A stretch of 64,000 bases of DNA from Thermoplasmatales archaeon (GCA_041305025.1 JBFYMG010000053.1:308-64307), one strand, 5' to 3'. Numbered from the stretch's first letter, positions 8,906 to 18,487 are shown. Program-made: numbers and translations. The notes: generated from the letters alone by a model not told the origin.

Positions 8906-11290
8906 GTGAGTAGAAATAAAAAAATAGCAAAAATTTTTGGAGCTGCTGTTGTACTTCTTTTAATAACATCGATTTCCGTAGTTGCAATGAGAGTTAATCA
9001 ACAAAACGAAGGTATAGATCCTTTTTTCGTGGTAAATAATGCCGATGCATCAGTTATTGGCCTTACCGTTAATATTCCAACATTTGAATTTGGCAGTACG
9101 TATATGAACGGAAAAAATTTTGCAACAATAGAATTGCCTAACGAAGGATTTACAATTATCCAAGGTGAGGCACAGTTACCAACCTTGAAGAGAATGATTG
9201 AAATACCTCAAGGTGCAAAAGCAGATATTGTTGTCAAATCAGTATCATGGAGATACACTTCATTAAAAGAACTGGGCCTTCCGACAAGAATTGCACCAGT
9301 GCAACCATCTCTTGTTAAAATACCAGATGCAACACAGAAATTTGCTATTAATGAAAAATACTATTTAACAAATACATTTACGCCAAAGATTTTGGCAAAG
9401 ATAGTTGACAGTGGAGAGATAAGAGATAGATGTTTTGTGCTCATTGAAGTATCACCAGTACAGTACAACCCGGTAACTGGCAAACTTAAGATAATGACAT
9501 CATGTGAACTAAATATCAATTTATGCGGTAGCGACATGACAAAAACTATCCAAAAAATAGAGCGCTTTAGTACTCCAGCTTTTGAAGATATGTTAAAGAC
9601 GGTATTTCTTAACTATGGGTTCTATGAAAAAAATATTGCAATTAGCCCAAAAGATCAAGAAGGATATCTGATAATTACCTACGCTGACTTCTCGGACGAG
9701 ATTCAGCCTTTAGCTGATTGGAAAGAAAGCAAAGGTTTTGATACAACAGTAACGATGACGTCCGAAATTCCAGGTGGGCCAACGAAAGAAAACATCAAGG
9801 CATATATCGTAGATGCTTACAACAATTGGCCGATTCCACCTGCCTACGTTCTTCTGGTCGGCGATGTCGCACAAATTCCATCTTGGACTGGTTCAGCCAC
9901 AGGAACATGCACCGACTTGTACTACGTAACCATTGATTCTGGCAATTACTTTGCTGATCTTATTATCAGCCGTTTTCCTGCAGCTCTACCAGAACACGTC
10001 ACAGCCATGGTAGACAAAACCATCTACTATGAACAGGGTAGTTTCCCGTCAAGCGAATGGATAAAAAAAGCAGCTTTCATGGCTTCTGAGGATAACTATG
10101 ATATTTCTGAAGGAACACACAACTATGTTATAGACACGTATCTTACTCCAAATGGATACACGTGCGATAAACTCTACAGCCATACTTATGATGCGACTAC
10201 CCAACAGGTTACTGATGCATTAAATAACGGACGTAGTTTAGCAATCTACTCAGGGCACGGTGGAACTGATTACTGGGCTGATGGGCCGTACTTTGATCAA
10301 TCAAATGTCAATGCATTAACCAACGACGGAATGTATCCTTTTGTCTGTAGTCATGCCTGTGTGACTGGTACGTTTTCTTCTGCAGAATGTTTTGGAGAAA
10401 CGTGGCTACGTGCACCGCACAAAGCAGGACTTGCATTCTGGGGTGCTTCTGAATCTACATACTGGGATGAAGACGACATTCTAGAAAGAAGTATGTTCAA
10501 AGCATGGTGGGAAGACAACCTTGAAAACATTGGCGGTATGACAAATATGGCGCTCTACTATCTATATCAATACTACAGTGGTGGAGGAAGTACCCAATAT
10601 TACTTCGAAGCATATAATGTTCTTGGAGATTCATCGGTAAAAATATGGCGCAACAATCCAAGTGACGCACCAGCAACACCCGATAAACCAACTGGACCAA
10701 ACCACGGAATTTTAAACACAGAATATACTTTCTCAAGCAAAACAACAGAGCCAGATGGAGATCAAATCTACTACATGTTCAGCTGGGGCGATGGAACCTA
10801 CAGCGAGTGGATTGGACCATATGACTCAGGAACAACTGTAACTGATACACACTTTTGGTCAATAGTGGGAACATATGATGTAAAAGTAAGTGCAAAAGAT
10901 ACATATGGCGCACAAAGTGCTTGGTCAGTGCCTCTTACAATATCGATTGTTGATAACAATCCACCAGATACACCTACACTAAATGGTCCAGCAAGTGGAA
11001 AACCTGGTGTAGCATACCTTTACACATTTTCCACAATAGATCCTGAGGGAGACATTGTATACTACTTCGTCGACTGGGGCGATGGAACGGATAGTGGATG
11101 GCTCGGACCTCATCAGTCTGGCGCACAAGCATCAACCACCCATAGCTGGGATACACAAGGAACATATGCTGTAAAAGTCAAAGCAAAAGATGCGCAAGGT
11201 GACGAAAGCGACTGGGCAACTTTAGACGTAACTATGCCTTTAGAAATACAATGCAGTCAGTTATTACTTAGAATATTGAAACAACTTTAG
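8906..11290 (+). CDS. Secreted peptidase C25 (gingipain-like) with two C-terminal PKD-like modules
   Basis: 794 aa with a GTG start and a signal/anchor N-terminus. C25 hallmarks: VLLVGDVAQIP, DLYYV, ISRFP, a His in YSGHGG and a Cys in CSHACVTG. Two copies of about 90 aa carry the DWGDGT-type motif. Confidence 0.8.
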   Translation: MSRNKKIAKIFGAAVVLLLITSISVVAMRVNQQNEGIDPFFVVNNADASVIGLTVNIPTFEFGSTYMNGKNFATIELPNEGFTIIQGEAQLPTLKRMIEIPQGAKADIVVKSVSWRYTSLKELGLPTRIAPVQPSLVKIPDATQKFAINEKYYLTNTFTPKILAKIVDSGEIRDRCFVLIEVSPVQYNPVTGKLKIMTSCELNINLCGSDMTKTIQKIERFSTPAFEDMLKTVFLNYGFYEKNIAISPKDQEGYLIITYADFSDEIQPLADWKESKGFDTTVTMTSEIPGGPTKENIKAYIVDAYNNWPIPPAYVLLVGDVAQIPSWTGSATGTCTDLYYVTIDSGNYFADLIISRFPAALPEHVTAMVDKTIYYEQGSFPSSEWIKKAAFMASEDNYDISEGTHNYVIDTYLTPNGYTCDKLYSHTYDATTQQVTDALNNGRSLAIYSGHGGTDYWADGPYFDQSNVNALTNDGMYPFVCSHACVTGTFSSAECFGETWLRAPHKAGLAFWGASESTYWDEDDILERSMFKAWWEDNLENIGGMTNMALYYLYQYYSGGGSTQYYFEAYNVLGDSSVKIWRNNPSDAPATPDKPTGPNHGILNTEYTFSSKTTEPDGDQIYYMFSWGDGTYSEWIGPYDSGTTVTDTHFWSIVGTYDVKVSAKDTYGAQSAWSVPLTISIVDNNPPDTPTLNGPASGKPGVAYLYTFSTIDPEGDIVYYFVDWGDGTDSGWLGPHQSGAQASTTHSWDTQGTYAVKVKAKDAQGDESDWATLDVTMPLEIQCSQLLLRILKQL
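10670..10953 (+). repeat. PKD-like C-terminal module, copy A1
   Basis: PATPDKPTGP...EPDGDQIYYMFSWGDGTYSEWIGPYDSG...YDVKVSAKDTYGAQSAWSVPL. Confidence 0.7.
10960..11239 (+). repeat. PKD-like C-terminal module, copy A2
   Basis: NPPDTPTLNGP...DPEGDIVYYFVDWGDGTDSGWLGPHQSG...YAVKVKAKDAQGDESDWATLDVTMP. Confidence 0.7.
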
Positions 11291-11315
11291 GTTCTCAGTG
11301 AAAAACTAAGAACCT
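11289..11315. terminator. Hairpin plus T-rich tract between convergent genes
   Basis: AGGTTCT-(13 nt)-AGAACCT, followed by CTCTTATTTTCTTATTTTTT. It lies between the 3' ends of the C25 gene and the FG-GAP gene. Confidence 0.35.
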
Positions 11316-11364
11316 CTCTTATTTTCTTATTTTTTGTCACGGTTATTTTAGAAATTACTTTGAT

Positions 11365-12630
11365 TTAATTGTTCCCATTTGAAGATTCTTCCCAGCCGTA
11401 TTTGAAAACCCAAGACATAAAATCCTGTCCGTTATCGACGCCAACATTCCCCGCATTAATTTCGTTTTTACCGTCGTTGTCGCAGTCCCCGATGCTTATA
11501 ACTGCCATCCAGCCATAAGTGGGAAGTGTTGCCTCTTCAATGTATGTTATTCCATTCCATTGCAGTATGTGGGTAACACCGGCTCCAGCAACTACTTCCG
11601 GGATTCCGTCGTCATCAGTATCTCCAACATCAATTCCTTCGATGACCGGATCCCCGCCGGGCCAGGTGACATCAAATTGAGTCGCATAACCGGATCCATT
11701 CCATTTAAAAATGGTGATATGTGGATAATAATAGCTTACTAAAATCTCAGCATTCCCATCTCCATCGCAATCTTTACATACACAACCAAATGGTGTATCT
11801 TGTCCATGAGGTATATTAATGATTACAGTCGAATCAAAAACGTTGTTTTCTTCGTTCCATTTCAGAACTACAACTTTACCTGAACAAGCACAAACAATCT
11901 CATTTTGTCCATCATTGTCAACATCGCCTAGCCCCGGCATATATACGTAGCCATAACCAGGATCATCCCATTGAGCTATCTTAACTAGTCGAAATCCGTT
12001 CCATTTAAAGATTGCAATTTCGGGAATTGTACTTGAAGATCTCAATGGACCACCACTAACAATCAGTTCATTTTTTCCATCGTTGTTGCAATCTCCAATA
12101 TAGCAGTCAGCACTTCCGCCCCCATTCCTCAACAGCCAAGAATTCCAGCCAACTGTCCAGTATCTTCCCGCAATATATTTGTGAATGGCACAATACCAAG
12201 TAGCAGCAATCTCATTTTTTCCATCATTATTTAGATCCCCAATAGCAAAACCACCAGCATCCGCTCTTAGAATTGGATAAAACGGACAATGAAGTGCCTG
12301 GGTTTGAACGTAGGTTTTTTGATTTTGGTTCCATTCCATAACTCTTAGCATGGCATCTCTTCCGCCAATTAGCAGTTCATTTTTTCCGTCGTTATTGCAA
12401 TCACCAATAGGTTGAGGTCCTTCATAGCGCGCCCCATACATAGGACTAGAGCCATAACTCATCTGCCACTGAATGCCGTAATCATCACTAGAGTTGGTTA
12501 AAATCGACACATCACTTTTCTTGATATCTTTTGCTTTATTTTCATATGCACTTGCCATTCCGATTGAAACGATGACCAGACTTGCGATCAAAAATATTGC
12601 AGCTATCTTTTTCCTCATAAATTTCCCCAT
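11365..12630 (-). CDS. Secreted seven-blade FG-GAP/VCBS beta-propeller protein
   Basis: Seven Ca-binding-type repeats: GDCNNDGKNELLIGG, GDLNNDGKNEIAA, GDCNNDGKNELIVSG, GDVDNDGQNEIVCA, KDCDGDGNAEILVS, GDTDDDGIPEVVAG, GDCDNDGKNEINAG. Signal peptide present. The track start at 12636 is TTG, so ATG at 12630 or 12618 is more likely. Confidence 0.85.
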   Translation of the reverse strand: MGKFMRKKIAAIFLIASLVIVSIGMASAYENKAKDIKKSDVSILTNSSDDYGIQWQMSYGSSPMYGARYEGPQPIGDCNNDGKNELLIGGRDAMLRVMEWNQNQKTYVQTQALHCPFYPILRADAGGFAIGDLNNDGKNEIAATWYCAIHKYIAGRYWTVGWNSWLLRNGGGSADCYIGDCNNDGKNELIVSGGPLRSSSTIPEIAIFKWNGFRLVKIAQWDDPGYGYVYMPGLGDVDNDGQNEIVCACSGKVVVLKWNEENNVFDSTVIINIPHGQDTPFGCVCKDCDGDGNAEILVSYYYPHITIFKWNGSGYATQFDVTWPGGDPVIEGIDVGDTDDDGIPEVVAGAGVTHILQWNGITYIEEATLPTYGWMAVISIGDCDNDGKNEINAGNVGVDNGQDFMSWVFKYGWEESSNGNN

Positions 12631-12784
12631 CTTCAATATGTACGTTTCATATATTAAATTAACTAGTGTTAATCAATAGTGCAAAACGGAAATAAGACGA
12701 GTTAGAAATGTTTTTGTTCGGCTTTTTCCGAACATTTTCTGACCTTTTAAATACATTCGAAGACAATATAGTCTTGGCGATAAT

Positions 12785-13213
12785 ATGAAAGCAAATAAAA
12801 CAATAATAATATATGTAATGCTGGCGGTGGTTGCTTCCATTATAACAGGTACTGTGATTAGTGTTGCCCTTTCAGAGACGCCGATGAAGACTAACAATAA
12901 AACAATATACTTAACTGAGAAAGATAATGGTTCTACGATATCAGTAATAAAAGGAGATATGTTGAATCTAACGCTCCAAGACCATGGCGATGGTGGATAT
13001 ACATGGACCATTACTGAAATCGATGAAAAGACGCTAGGTCAAGTTGAGCAATTTAATTGGGGCAATTCCGGTGCACTCGGTGATTTTGGAAAAGATACCT
13101 GGATATTCTCTGCAAAAAATATTGGCACCACAACACTACAATTGGAATGTAAAAGACCATGGATCGGCGGAGATACGTCCGAGACGATAAGTATTACCAT
13201 AAAAGTCAATTAA
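12785..13213 (+). CDS. Chagasin-family (I42) cysteine peptidase inhibitor with N-terminal membrane anchor
   Basis: 142 aa. It is collinear with chagasin: NGSTISVIKGDMLNLTL, GDGGYTW (in place of NPTTGxxW), ALGDFG, KRPW (the RPW loop). Confidence 0.85.
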   Translation: MKANKTIIIYVMLAVVASIITGTVISVALSETPMKTNNKTIYLTEKDNGSTISVIKGDMLNLTLQDHGDGGYTWTITEIDEKTLGQVEQFNWGNSGALGDFGKDTWIFSAKNIGTTTLQLECKRPWIGGDTSETISITIKVN

Positions 13214-13376
13214 GAACATGATATCAACACGATACTTTCCTCTTTTTTTCTTTTTTAAACTTTTTTTAAAATTAGAGTATTATTTCTAATATTTTTCTTA
13301 TTTCTAATCAAGAGCATCATTTAATTAACAAGTGTTTATTAATGAGTTGTTGTATTATAGTTTGGGTGGTTATCTT

Positions 13377-15596
13377 ATGAATAAAAGTAGTAAAAGATTA
13401 TTGAGGAGTTGGACGCCTTTTTTTGTTGTTTTGGCCATGGTGCTAATGTCATTTTCTACTTTGGCACAGGTTAGTCAGATGCCGTTGAATAGTAGTATGC
13501 AACTGACATATTCTTTTCAAAGTCCGACGATTGAGACCGTTGATATAGCAGGAACAATTTATGACAGAGTTACACTAACCGATTGCTATACATCAGGAAA
13601 TACGGGTGAACCCAAGTTACCATCAAAGGGAGCATACATTCTGCTACCTCCAAAGTCAAAAGTCAGTAAAATAAGTATTATTGTTGGAGAAAAAACTGTC
13701 ATTGGAACAGAGTTCTATGTGGAGCCGATTGAACAATCGATTCCAACTTCACAATCTGAAAACTTTCCGATACCAACCCCAAATGAAGTTGTCTATCAAT
13801 CCAATGCACCTTATCCTGGAAAGTTATACACTCAAGTCGGTGTTTATGGTTTTAGAGGATACCAGATAATAGTTCTTCTATTACATCCAGTTCAATACAA
13901 TCCAGTAACAGGTGAACTCTGTTATTATAAAAGCTTGAAAGTTTCAATTGAGACTGTAAATACGGGCATACAGTCAGAATTATTTAGAGGCCTAGAACAA
14001 GATAAAAATGAGGTAACGCAAAAGGTTGACAACCCAAATATGGCCATGAGATACCGGATAGCATCTACACCAACCATTGCTACGATGGAGGACTATGATC
14101 TTCTAATAATTACCACTGACTCTTTAAAAAGTGGTTTTGTACCTTTGAAAGAAGCGCATGAAGCAAAAGGCGTTATGACGGTAATTAAAACTCTTACTGA
14201 TATCGGCAGTAGTAATCTTGATAGTATCCGTAACTACATTAGTGATGCCTATACGAATTGGGGAGTAAAATACGTTTTGATTGGTGGTGATTCAAACATC
14301 GTTACTGCCCCAATATTATGGGTTTCTGGAATGGATGAAGAGACCACCTACTACGAAGATTACATGCCATCTGATCTTTACTATGCATGTCTCGATGGAC
14401 CATACAACTACGATGGTGATGATAAGTGGGGTGAACCAAATGATGGAGCAGATGGTGGAGATGTCGATCTTATAGCCGAAGTTTATGTTGGTCGTGCATG
14501 CGTCGACACTGCAACTGATGTTACTAATTTTGTCACAAAAACTGTTGCATATATCAATAAAAATCCGGATGATGAATATCTTAAAAAGATTTTACTGGCG
14601 GCAGAATATCTTGGCGATTATGGCATCGCAAGCTATGGTGGAACGTACATGGACCAACTTGAAGACGGTTCAACAGATGACGGATATACAACAGTCGGTA
14701 TTCCTTCTGATAACTACACCATTTCTAAACTGTACGATTCGCCAAGTTACTACTGGGATCCATCAGAACTAATGGCCATTATAAACAGCGGAGTACACAT
14801 AGTAAATCATCTTGGGCACGCATCATATGATTACAATATGAAAATGTATTCTTCCGATGTTAGTTATCTTACTAACGATGACACCTGTTTTATCTATTCT
14901 CAAGGATGCATGGCCGGTGGGTTTGACGATCCATGGGGATATGATTGTATAGCTGAAGAGTTTACTGCAAAAACCAGCCATGCTGCATTTGCTGGCATAT
15001 GGAACGCTCGCTATGGTTTCTTCTGGTCATATAGTACGGATGGAGATTCACAAAGACTCCACCGACAATTTTGGGATGCAGTATTTGGTGAAGGAATACC
15101 AGAAATCGGAAGAGCAAATCATGATTCAAAAGAAGATAATATCCCAATTATTGGCCGATCATGTATACGCTGGGTCTATTACGAGACAAACCTCTTTGGC
15201 GATCCTGCTCTTGGTTTTTACGAAAGTGAAACACCGCCACCACCAAATAATCCTCCAGAAAAACCCAGCAGACCATCAGGCGAAACTTCAGGGGAAATTG
15301 GTGTACAATATCTATATACAACAAGCACAACAGACCCTGATGGAGATCAATTATTCTACATGTGGGATTGGGGTGAAGGAAACCTTAGCAACTGGATAGG
15401 GCCAACTGCTTCAGGTTCAACAGCGAGCGCAAGTTACACCTGGGCTCAGAAAGGAAACTACAACATAAGAGTAAAAGCAAAAGACATTTATGGTGCAGAG
15501 AGTGACTGGTCTGATCCATTAGCTATCTCTATGCCTCTGGATTTGAATATACAAATTATTCAACAACAATATCATATGATTCTGAGAAATCACTGA
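13377..15596 (+). CDS. Secreted peptidase C25 (gingipain-like) with one C-terminal PKD-like module
   Basis: C25 hallmarks: VLIGGDSNIV, DLYYA, YVGRA, a His in NHLGHAS and a Cys in YSQGCMAG. The likely start is ATG 13377 (MNKSSKRLL...), preceded by GGTGG. The track ORF begins at 13332. Confidence 0.8.
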   Translation: MNKSSKRLLRSWTPFFVVLAMVLMSFSTLAQVSQMPLNSSMQLTYSFQSPTIETVDIAGTIYDRVTLTDCYTSGNTGEPKLPSKGAYILLPPKSKVSKISIIVGEKTVIGTEFYVEPIEQSIPTSQSENFPIPTPNEVVYQSNAPYPGKLYTQVGVYGFRGYQIIVLLLHPVQYNPVTGELCYYKSLKVSIETVNTGIQSELFRGLEQDKNEVTQKVDNPNMAMRYRIASTPTIATMEDYDLLIITTDSLKSGFVPLKEAHEAKGVMTVIKTLTDIGSSNLDSIRNYISDAYTNWGVKYVLIGGDSNIVTAPILWVSGMDEETTYYEDYMPSDLYYACLDGPYNYDGDDKWGEPNDGADGGDVDLIAEVYVGRACVDTATDVTNFVTKTVAYINKNPDDEYLKKILLAAEYLGDYGIASYGGTYMDQLEDGSTDDGYTTVGIPSDNYTISKLYDSPSYYWDPSELMAIINSGVHIVNHLGHASYDYNMKMYSSDVSYLTNDDTCFIYSQGCMAGGFDDPWGYDCIAEEFTAKTSHAAFAGIWNARYGFFWSYSTDGDSQRLHRQFWDAVFGEGIPEIGRANHDSKEDNIPIIGRSCIRWVYYETNLFGDPALGFYESETPPPPNNPPEKPSRPSGETSGEIGVQYLYTTSTTDPDGDQLFYMWDWGEGNLSNWIGPTASGSTASASYTWAQKGNYNIRVKAKDIYGAESDWSDPLAISMPLDLNIQIIQQQYHMILRNH
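15252..15536 (+). repeat. PKD-like C-terminal module, copy B
   Basis: PPEKPSRPSG...DPDGDQLFYMWDWGEGNLSNWIGPTASG...YNIRVKAKDIYGAESDWSDPLAISMP. Confidence 0.7.
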
Positions 15597-15632
15597 AATA
15601 CCAGCAGTTATCCGACATGTAACTTACAAAAT

Positions 15633-16175
15633 CTACCATTTATCATAGCGTACGATTTCATCCAAATTCTTTCTTTTTCTACCTCTAGTAAATATCTTTG
15701 TTAAACTGCCTAATATTCCAATCTTTTCAGCTGGATACCCGAGAGGAATGAGTGCCACGACTCTGATTCTATTTGGAATTCCAAGGATTTCTTTAACTTT
15801 TTTTTCGTCAAAACCGGCATTCCAACAGCTTCCCAAACCAGCGTCAGTAGCAGCAAGAATAAGATTTTCCGTGGCAATTGCAACATCAACTGTGTAGTAT
15901 TCAATATCATTATGAGTGCCACTTGATTCAGGATCACCGCACGCGACTATGACAACCGGTGCAGTTTTCAGCCATCGGTTAATGATGCTTGTTTTAGACA
16001 GGGCTTTAATGGCTTCTTTGTCCCTTACAACAATAAAACGCCAACATTGTTTGTTCACCCAGGAAGGTGCCCATCGTGCGCATTCAAGAACGTACTTTAT
16101 CTTTTCTTCATCTACTTCTTTATCGCTATAATTGCGAATGCTTGTACGGGATTTTATTACATCTGAAAATTCCAT
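15633..16175 (-). CDS. Nitroreductase-family FMN oxidoreductase
   Basis: 180 aa. TSIRNYSDKEVDEEKIKYVLECARWAPSWVNKQCWRFIVV is the typical nitroreductase N-terminal region. Confidence 0.85.
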   Translation of the reverse strand: MEFSDVIKSRTSIRNYSDKEVDEEKIKYVLECARWAPSWVNKQCWRFIVVRDKEAIKALSKTSIINRWLKTAPVVIVACGDPESSGTHNDIEYYTVDVAIATENLILAATDAGLGSCWNAGFDEKKVKEILGIPNRIRVVALIPLGYPAEKIGILGSLTKIFTRGRKRKNLDEIVRYDKW

Positions 16176-16302
16176 TGCGACGCCTCCACCGTTGTTACTT
16201 CAGCTGTAATCATTCTTTCTTTATTAAAATATTTTTAATCACAAAAAATCGTTTATATTAGCACATATATTATGATATTACATTTCGGTGGAGGTAAAGG
16301 TT

Positions 16303-18432
16303 ATGAAGAAAATATTGACGGTAGGAGTTTTGTTTATTTTATTAATACCTGCATTTTCGACCACACATATTTTCGCAAGAACTGAAAATAACGTGGATGA
16401 CGAAGTATCGACAGATCATAGTAGTTTGGACAATTTTGTGGTGTTTATGAAAGAGGGTTTGATGCCTTCTATTCCAGATGACTTTGAAGCTCAGTGCATT
16501 AAGAAAACATACATGGTTCCAATGCGCGATGGAATAAAACTAGCAACAGATGTGTACCTGCCGATTTTACAAATTAAACAACACGGTAGCGTTTTACTAC
16601 GCACACCATATAATAAAAGTGACATAGCTATCGTTGGTTACATATTTGCTTTCCTGGGCTGGCCAACAGTTATCCAAGATATGCGAGGTCGTTACGAATC
16701 TGGTGGAAATGATACAGTCTACCGCAATGATCACACTGATGGGCCAGATACATTACAATGGATTGGGACACAAGAATGGTCAAATGGCAAAGTAGCTACA
16801 GTCGGGCCATCAGCACTAGGGATAGTACAATATTTGATGGCTGGTGAAAATCCACCTGAGCTTGCATGCCAGGCAATAATGGTTGCTTCACCAAATCTAT
16901 ACAAAACCGCAATTTATCAGGGTGGACAGTTCAGAAAAGAGCTAGTAGAAAGATGGCTAGCAGGACAAGACGCTGAATTCATGCTACCGGAAATCTGGGA
17001 TAACGAAAACTACACACTTGATTTTTGGACCAATGTATCACTAGATGACAACTGGCCTGATGTAAACGTACCAGCCATACATTTCGGCGGATGGTACGAT
17101 CCATTCCAACAAGGTATAACAGAGGGATACAACGGCTACCAACATCTCGCAGGACCAGGAGCCCAAGGAAAATCCATGCTAATAATGGGGCCGTGGTACC
17201 ACGATGGATACATAACAACCAAACAAGGACAACTAGTCTACCCGGAGAACTCACTATGCTGGTTTGCTGTAGAGATATATCTGCAGATGATAAAAAAATA
17301 TACGATGAACGAAAACAACCATTTTGACGACTACTCAAAAGTCTATTATTATACTATGGGTGATGCCAATACAATTGATGCACCAGGAAACGAATGGAGA
17401 ACTGCAAACGACTGGCCAATACCAGCAACAAACACACCATGGTACCTACATGATAATGGTTTGCTAGACACAAACTACCAAAGTGACTACGAACCAATAA
17501 CATATCAATACAACCCGACAAATCCAGTGCCAACACTTGGTGGACAAGTACTAGAAATTCCGCCAGGGCCATACGACCAAACACCATTAGAAAACAGGGA
17601 GGATGTCCTCGTTTTTACAAGCCCAGTTCTAACAGAACCTTATGAAGCTACGGGACCAATAAAAGCAAAAATATATGTTTCATCTGATTGCGTTGACACG
17701 GATTTCACAGTAAAACTCACAGATGTTTATCCAGATGGTCGCTCAATGATAATAACGGACGGAATACTACGGATGAGAAACAGAAACGGACAAGACCATT
17801 GGGAATTCATGCAACCTGGAGAAATATACGAGATAAACATAGACATGTGGAGTACATCTTACATATGGAACACGGGACACAAAATAAGAGTAGCAGTTTC
17901 ATCATCAAACTACCCAAAGTTTCTAAGCAATCCAAACACAAATGACCCAATATACAAAAACATAACATACAACATTGCACACAACACTCTATACATAGAC
18001 GGCCAACACCCATCATGCATAATCCTACCAGAAATAGAACAAAGCCCATCTAGCAACCCACCAGAAAAACCAAACAAACCAACAGGTAGAACACACATCA
18101 AAGTTAATCAGATCTACAAATATTCAAGCTCTGCAAACGACCCAGATGGAGACCAGATTTATCTTTTATTTGACTGGGATGACGGAACAAGCAGTGGATG
18201 GATAGGACCATACAATTCAGGCGAACCAGTAACAGCAAAACACAAATGGACAACAAAAGGCAACTACGAAATACGAGTAAAAGCAAAAGACATAAATGGA
18301 ACACAGAGCGAATGGTCAGATCCTATGGTTATCAGCATGCCAAAGGACAGAGGAATGTTAGGGTCTTTGTTGCTAAAATTATTAGAAAGATTTCCGCGTT
18401 TGTTTCCATTTCTAAGGAATATGTTCATTTGA
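16303..18432 (+). CDS. Secreted CocE/NonD-family (S15, X-Pro dipeptidyl-peptidase-like) hydrolase with C-terminal PKD-like module
   Basis: MRDGIKLATDVYLP...LLRTPYNK, and a nucleophile-type GPSALG motif. Signal peptide MKKILTVGVLFILLIPAFS. GGAGGT precedes ATG 16303. The track ORF starts at GTG 16288. Confidence 0.85.
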   Translation: MKKILTVGVLFILLIPAFSTTHIFARTENNVDDEVSTDHSSLDNFVVFMKEGLMPSIPDDFEAQCIKKTYMVPMRDGIKLATDVYLPILQIKQHGSVLLRTPYNKSDIAIVGYIFAFLGWPTVIQDMRGRYESGGNDTVYRNDHTDGPDTLQWIGTQEWSNGKVATVGPSALGIVQYLMAGENPPELACQAIMVASPNLYKTAIYQGGQFRKELVERWLAGQDAEFMLPEIWDNENYTLDFWTNVSLDDNWPDVNVPAIHFGGWYDPFQQGITEGYNGYQHLAGPGAQGKSMLIMGPWYHDGYITTKQGQLVYPENSLCWFAVEIYLQMIKKYTMNENNHFDDYSKVYYYTMGDANTIDAPGNEWRTANDWPIPATNTPWYLHDNGLLDTNYQSDYEPITYQYNPTNPVPTLGGQVLEIPPGPYDQTPLENREDVLVFTSPVLTEPYEATGPIKAKIYVSSDCVDTDFTVKLTDVYPDGRSMIITDGILRMRNRNGQDHWEFMQPGEIYEINIDMWSTSYIWNTGHKIRVAVSSSNYPKFLSNPNTNDPIYKNITYNIAHNTLYIDGQHPSCIILPEIEQSPSSNPPEKPNKPTGRTHIKVNQIYKYSSSANDPDGDQIYLLFDWDDGTSSGWIGPYNSGEPVTAKHKWTTKGNYEIRVKAKDINGTQSEWSDPMVISMPKDRGMLGSLLLKLLERFPRLFPFLRNMFI
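18058..18341 (+). repeat. PKD-like C-terminal module, copy C
   Basis: PPEKPNKPTG...DPDGDQIYLLFDWDDGTSSGWIGPYNSG...YEIRVKAKDINGTQSEWSDPMVISMP. The nucleotide string GAGTAAAAGCAAAAGACAT is shared with copy B. Confidence 0.7.
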
Positions 18433-18487
18433 AAAAATGAACAAACCACTGGAATTTGAGATTATGATTATTCCTTGAGTTGTATTG

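Noticed and set aside
12673-13011. 112-aa minus-strand ORF overlapping the chagasin-like gene
   Set aside because: The plus-strand ORF has a full-length family match. The minus-strand ORF is hydrophobic noise with no start context.
16979-18449. Cluster of antisense or alternative-frame ORFs (for example 16979-17338, 17807-18049, 18104-18304) with Cys/Leu-rich translations
   Set aside because: They lie entirely within the well-supported S15 hydrolase gene. They are explained by its skewed A/C-rich codon usage and have low-complexity translations.
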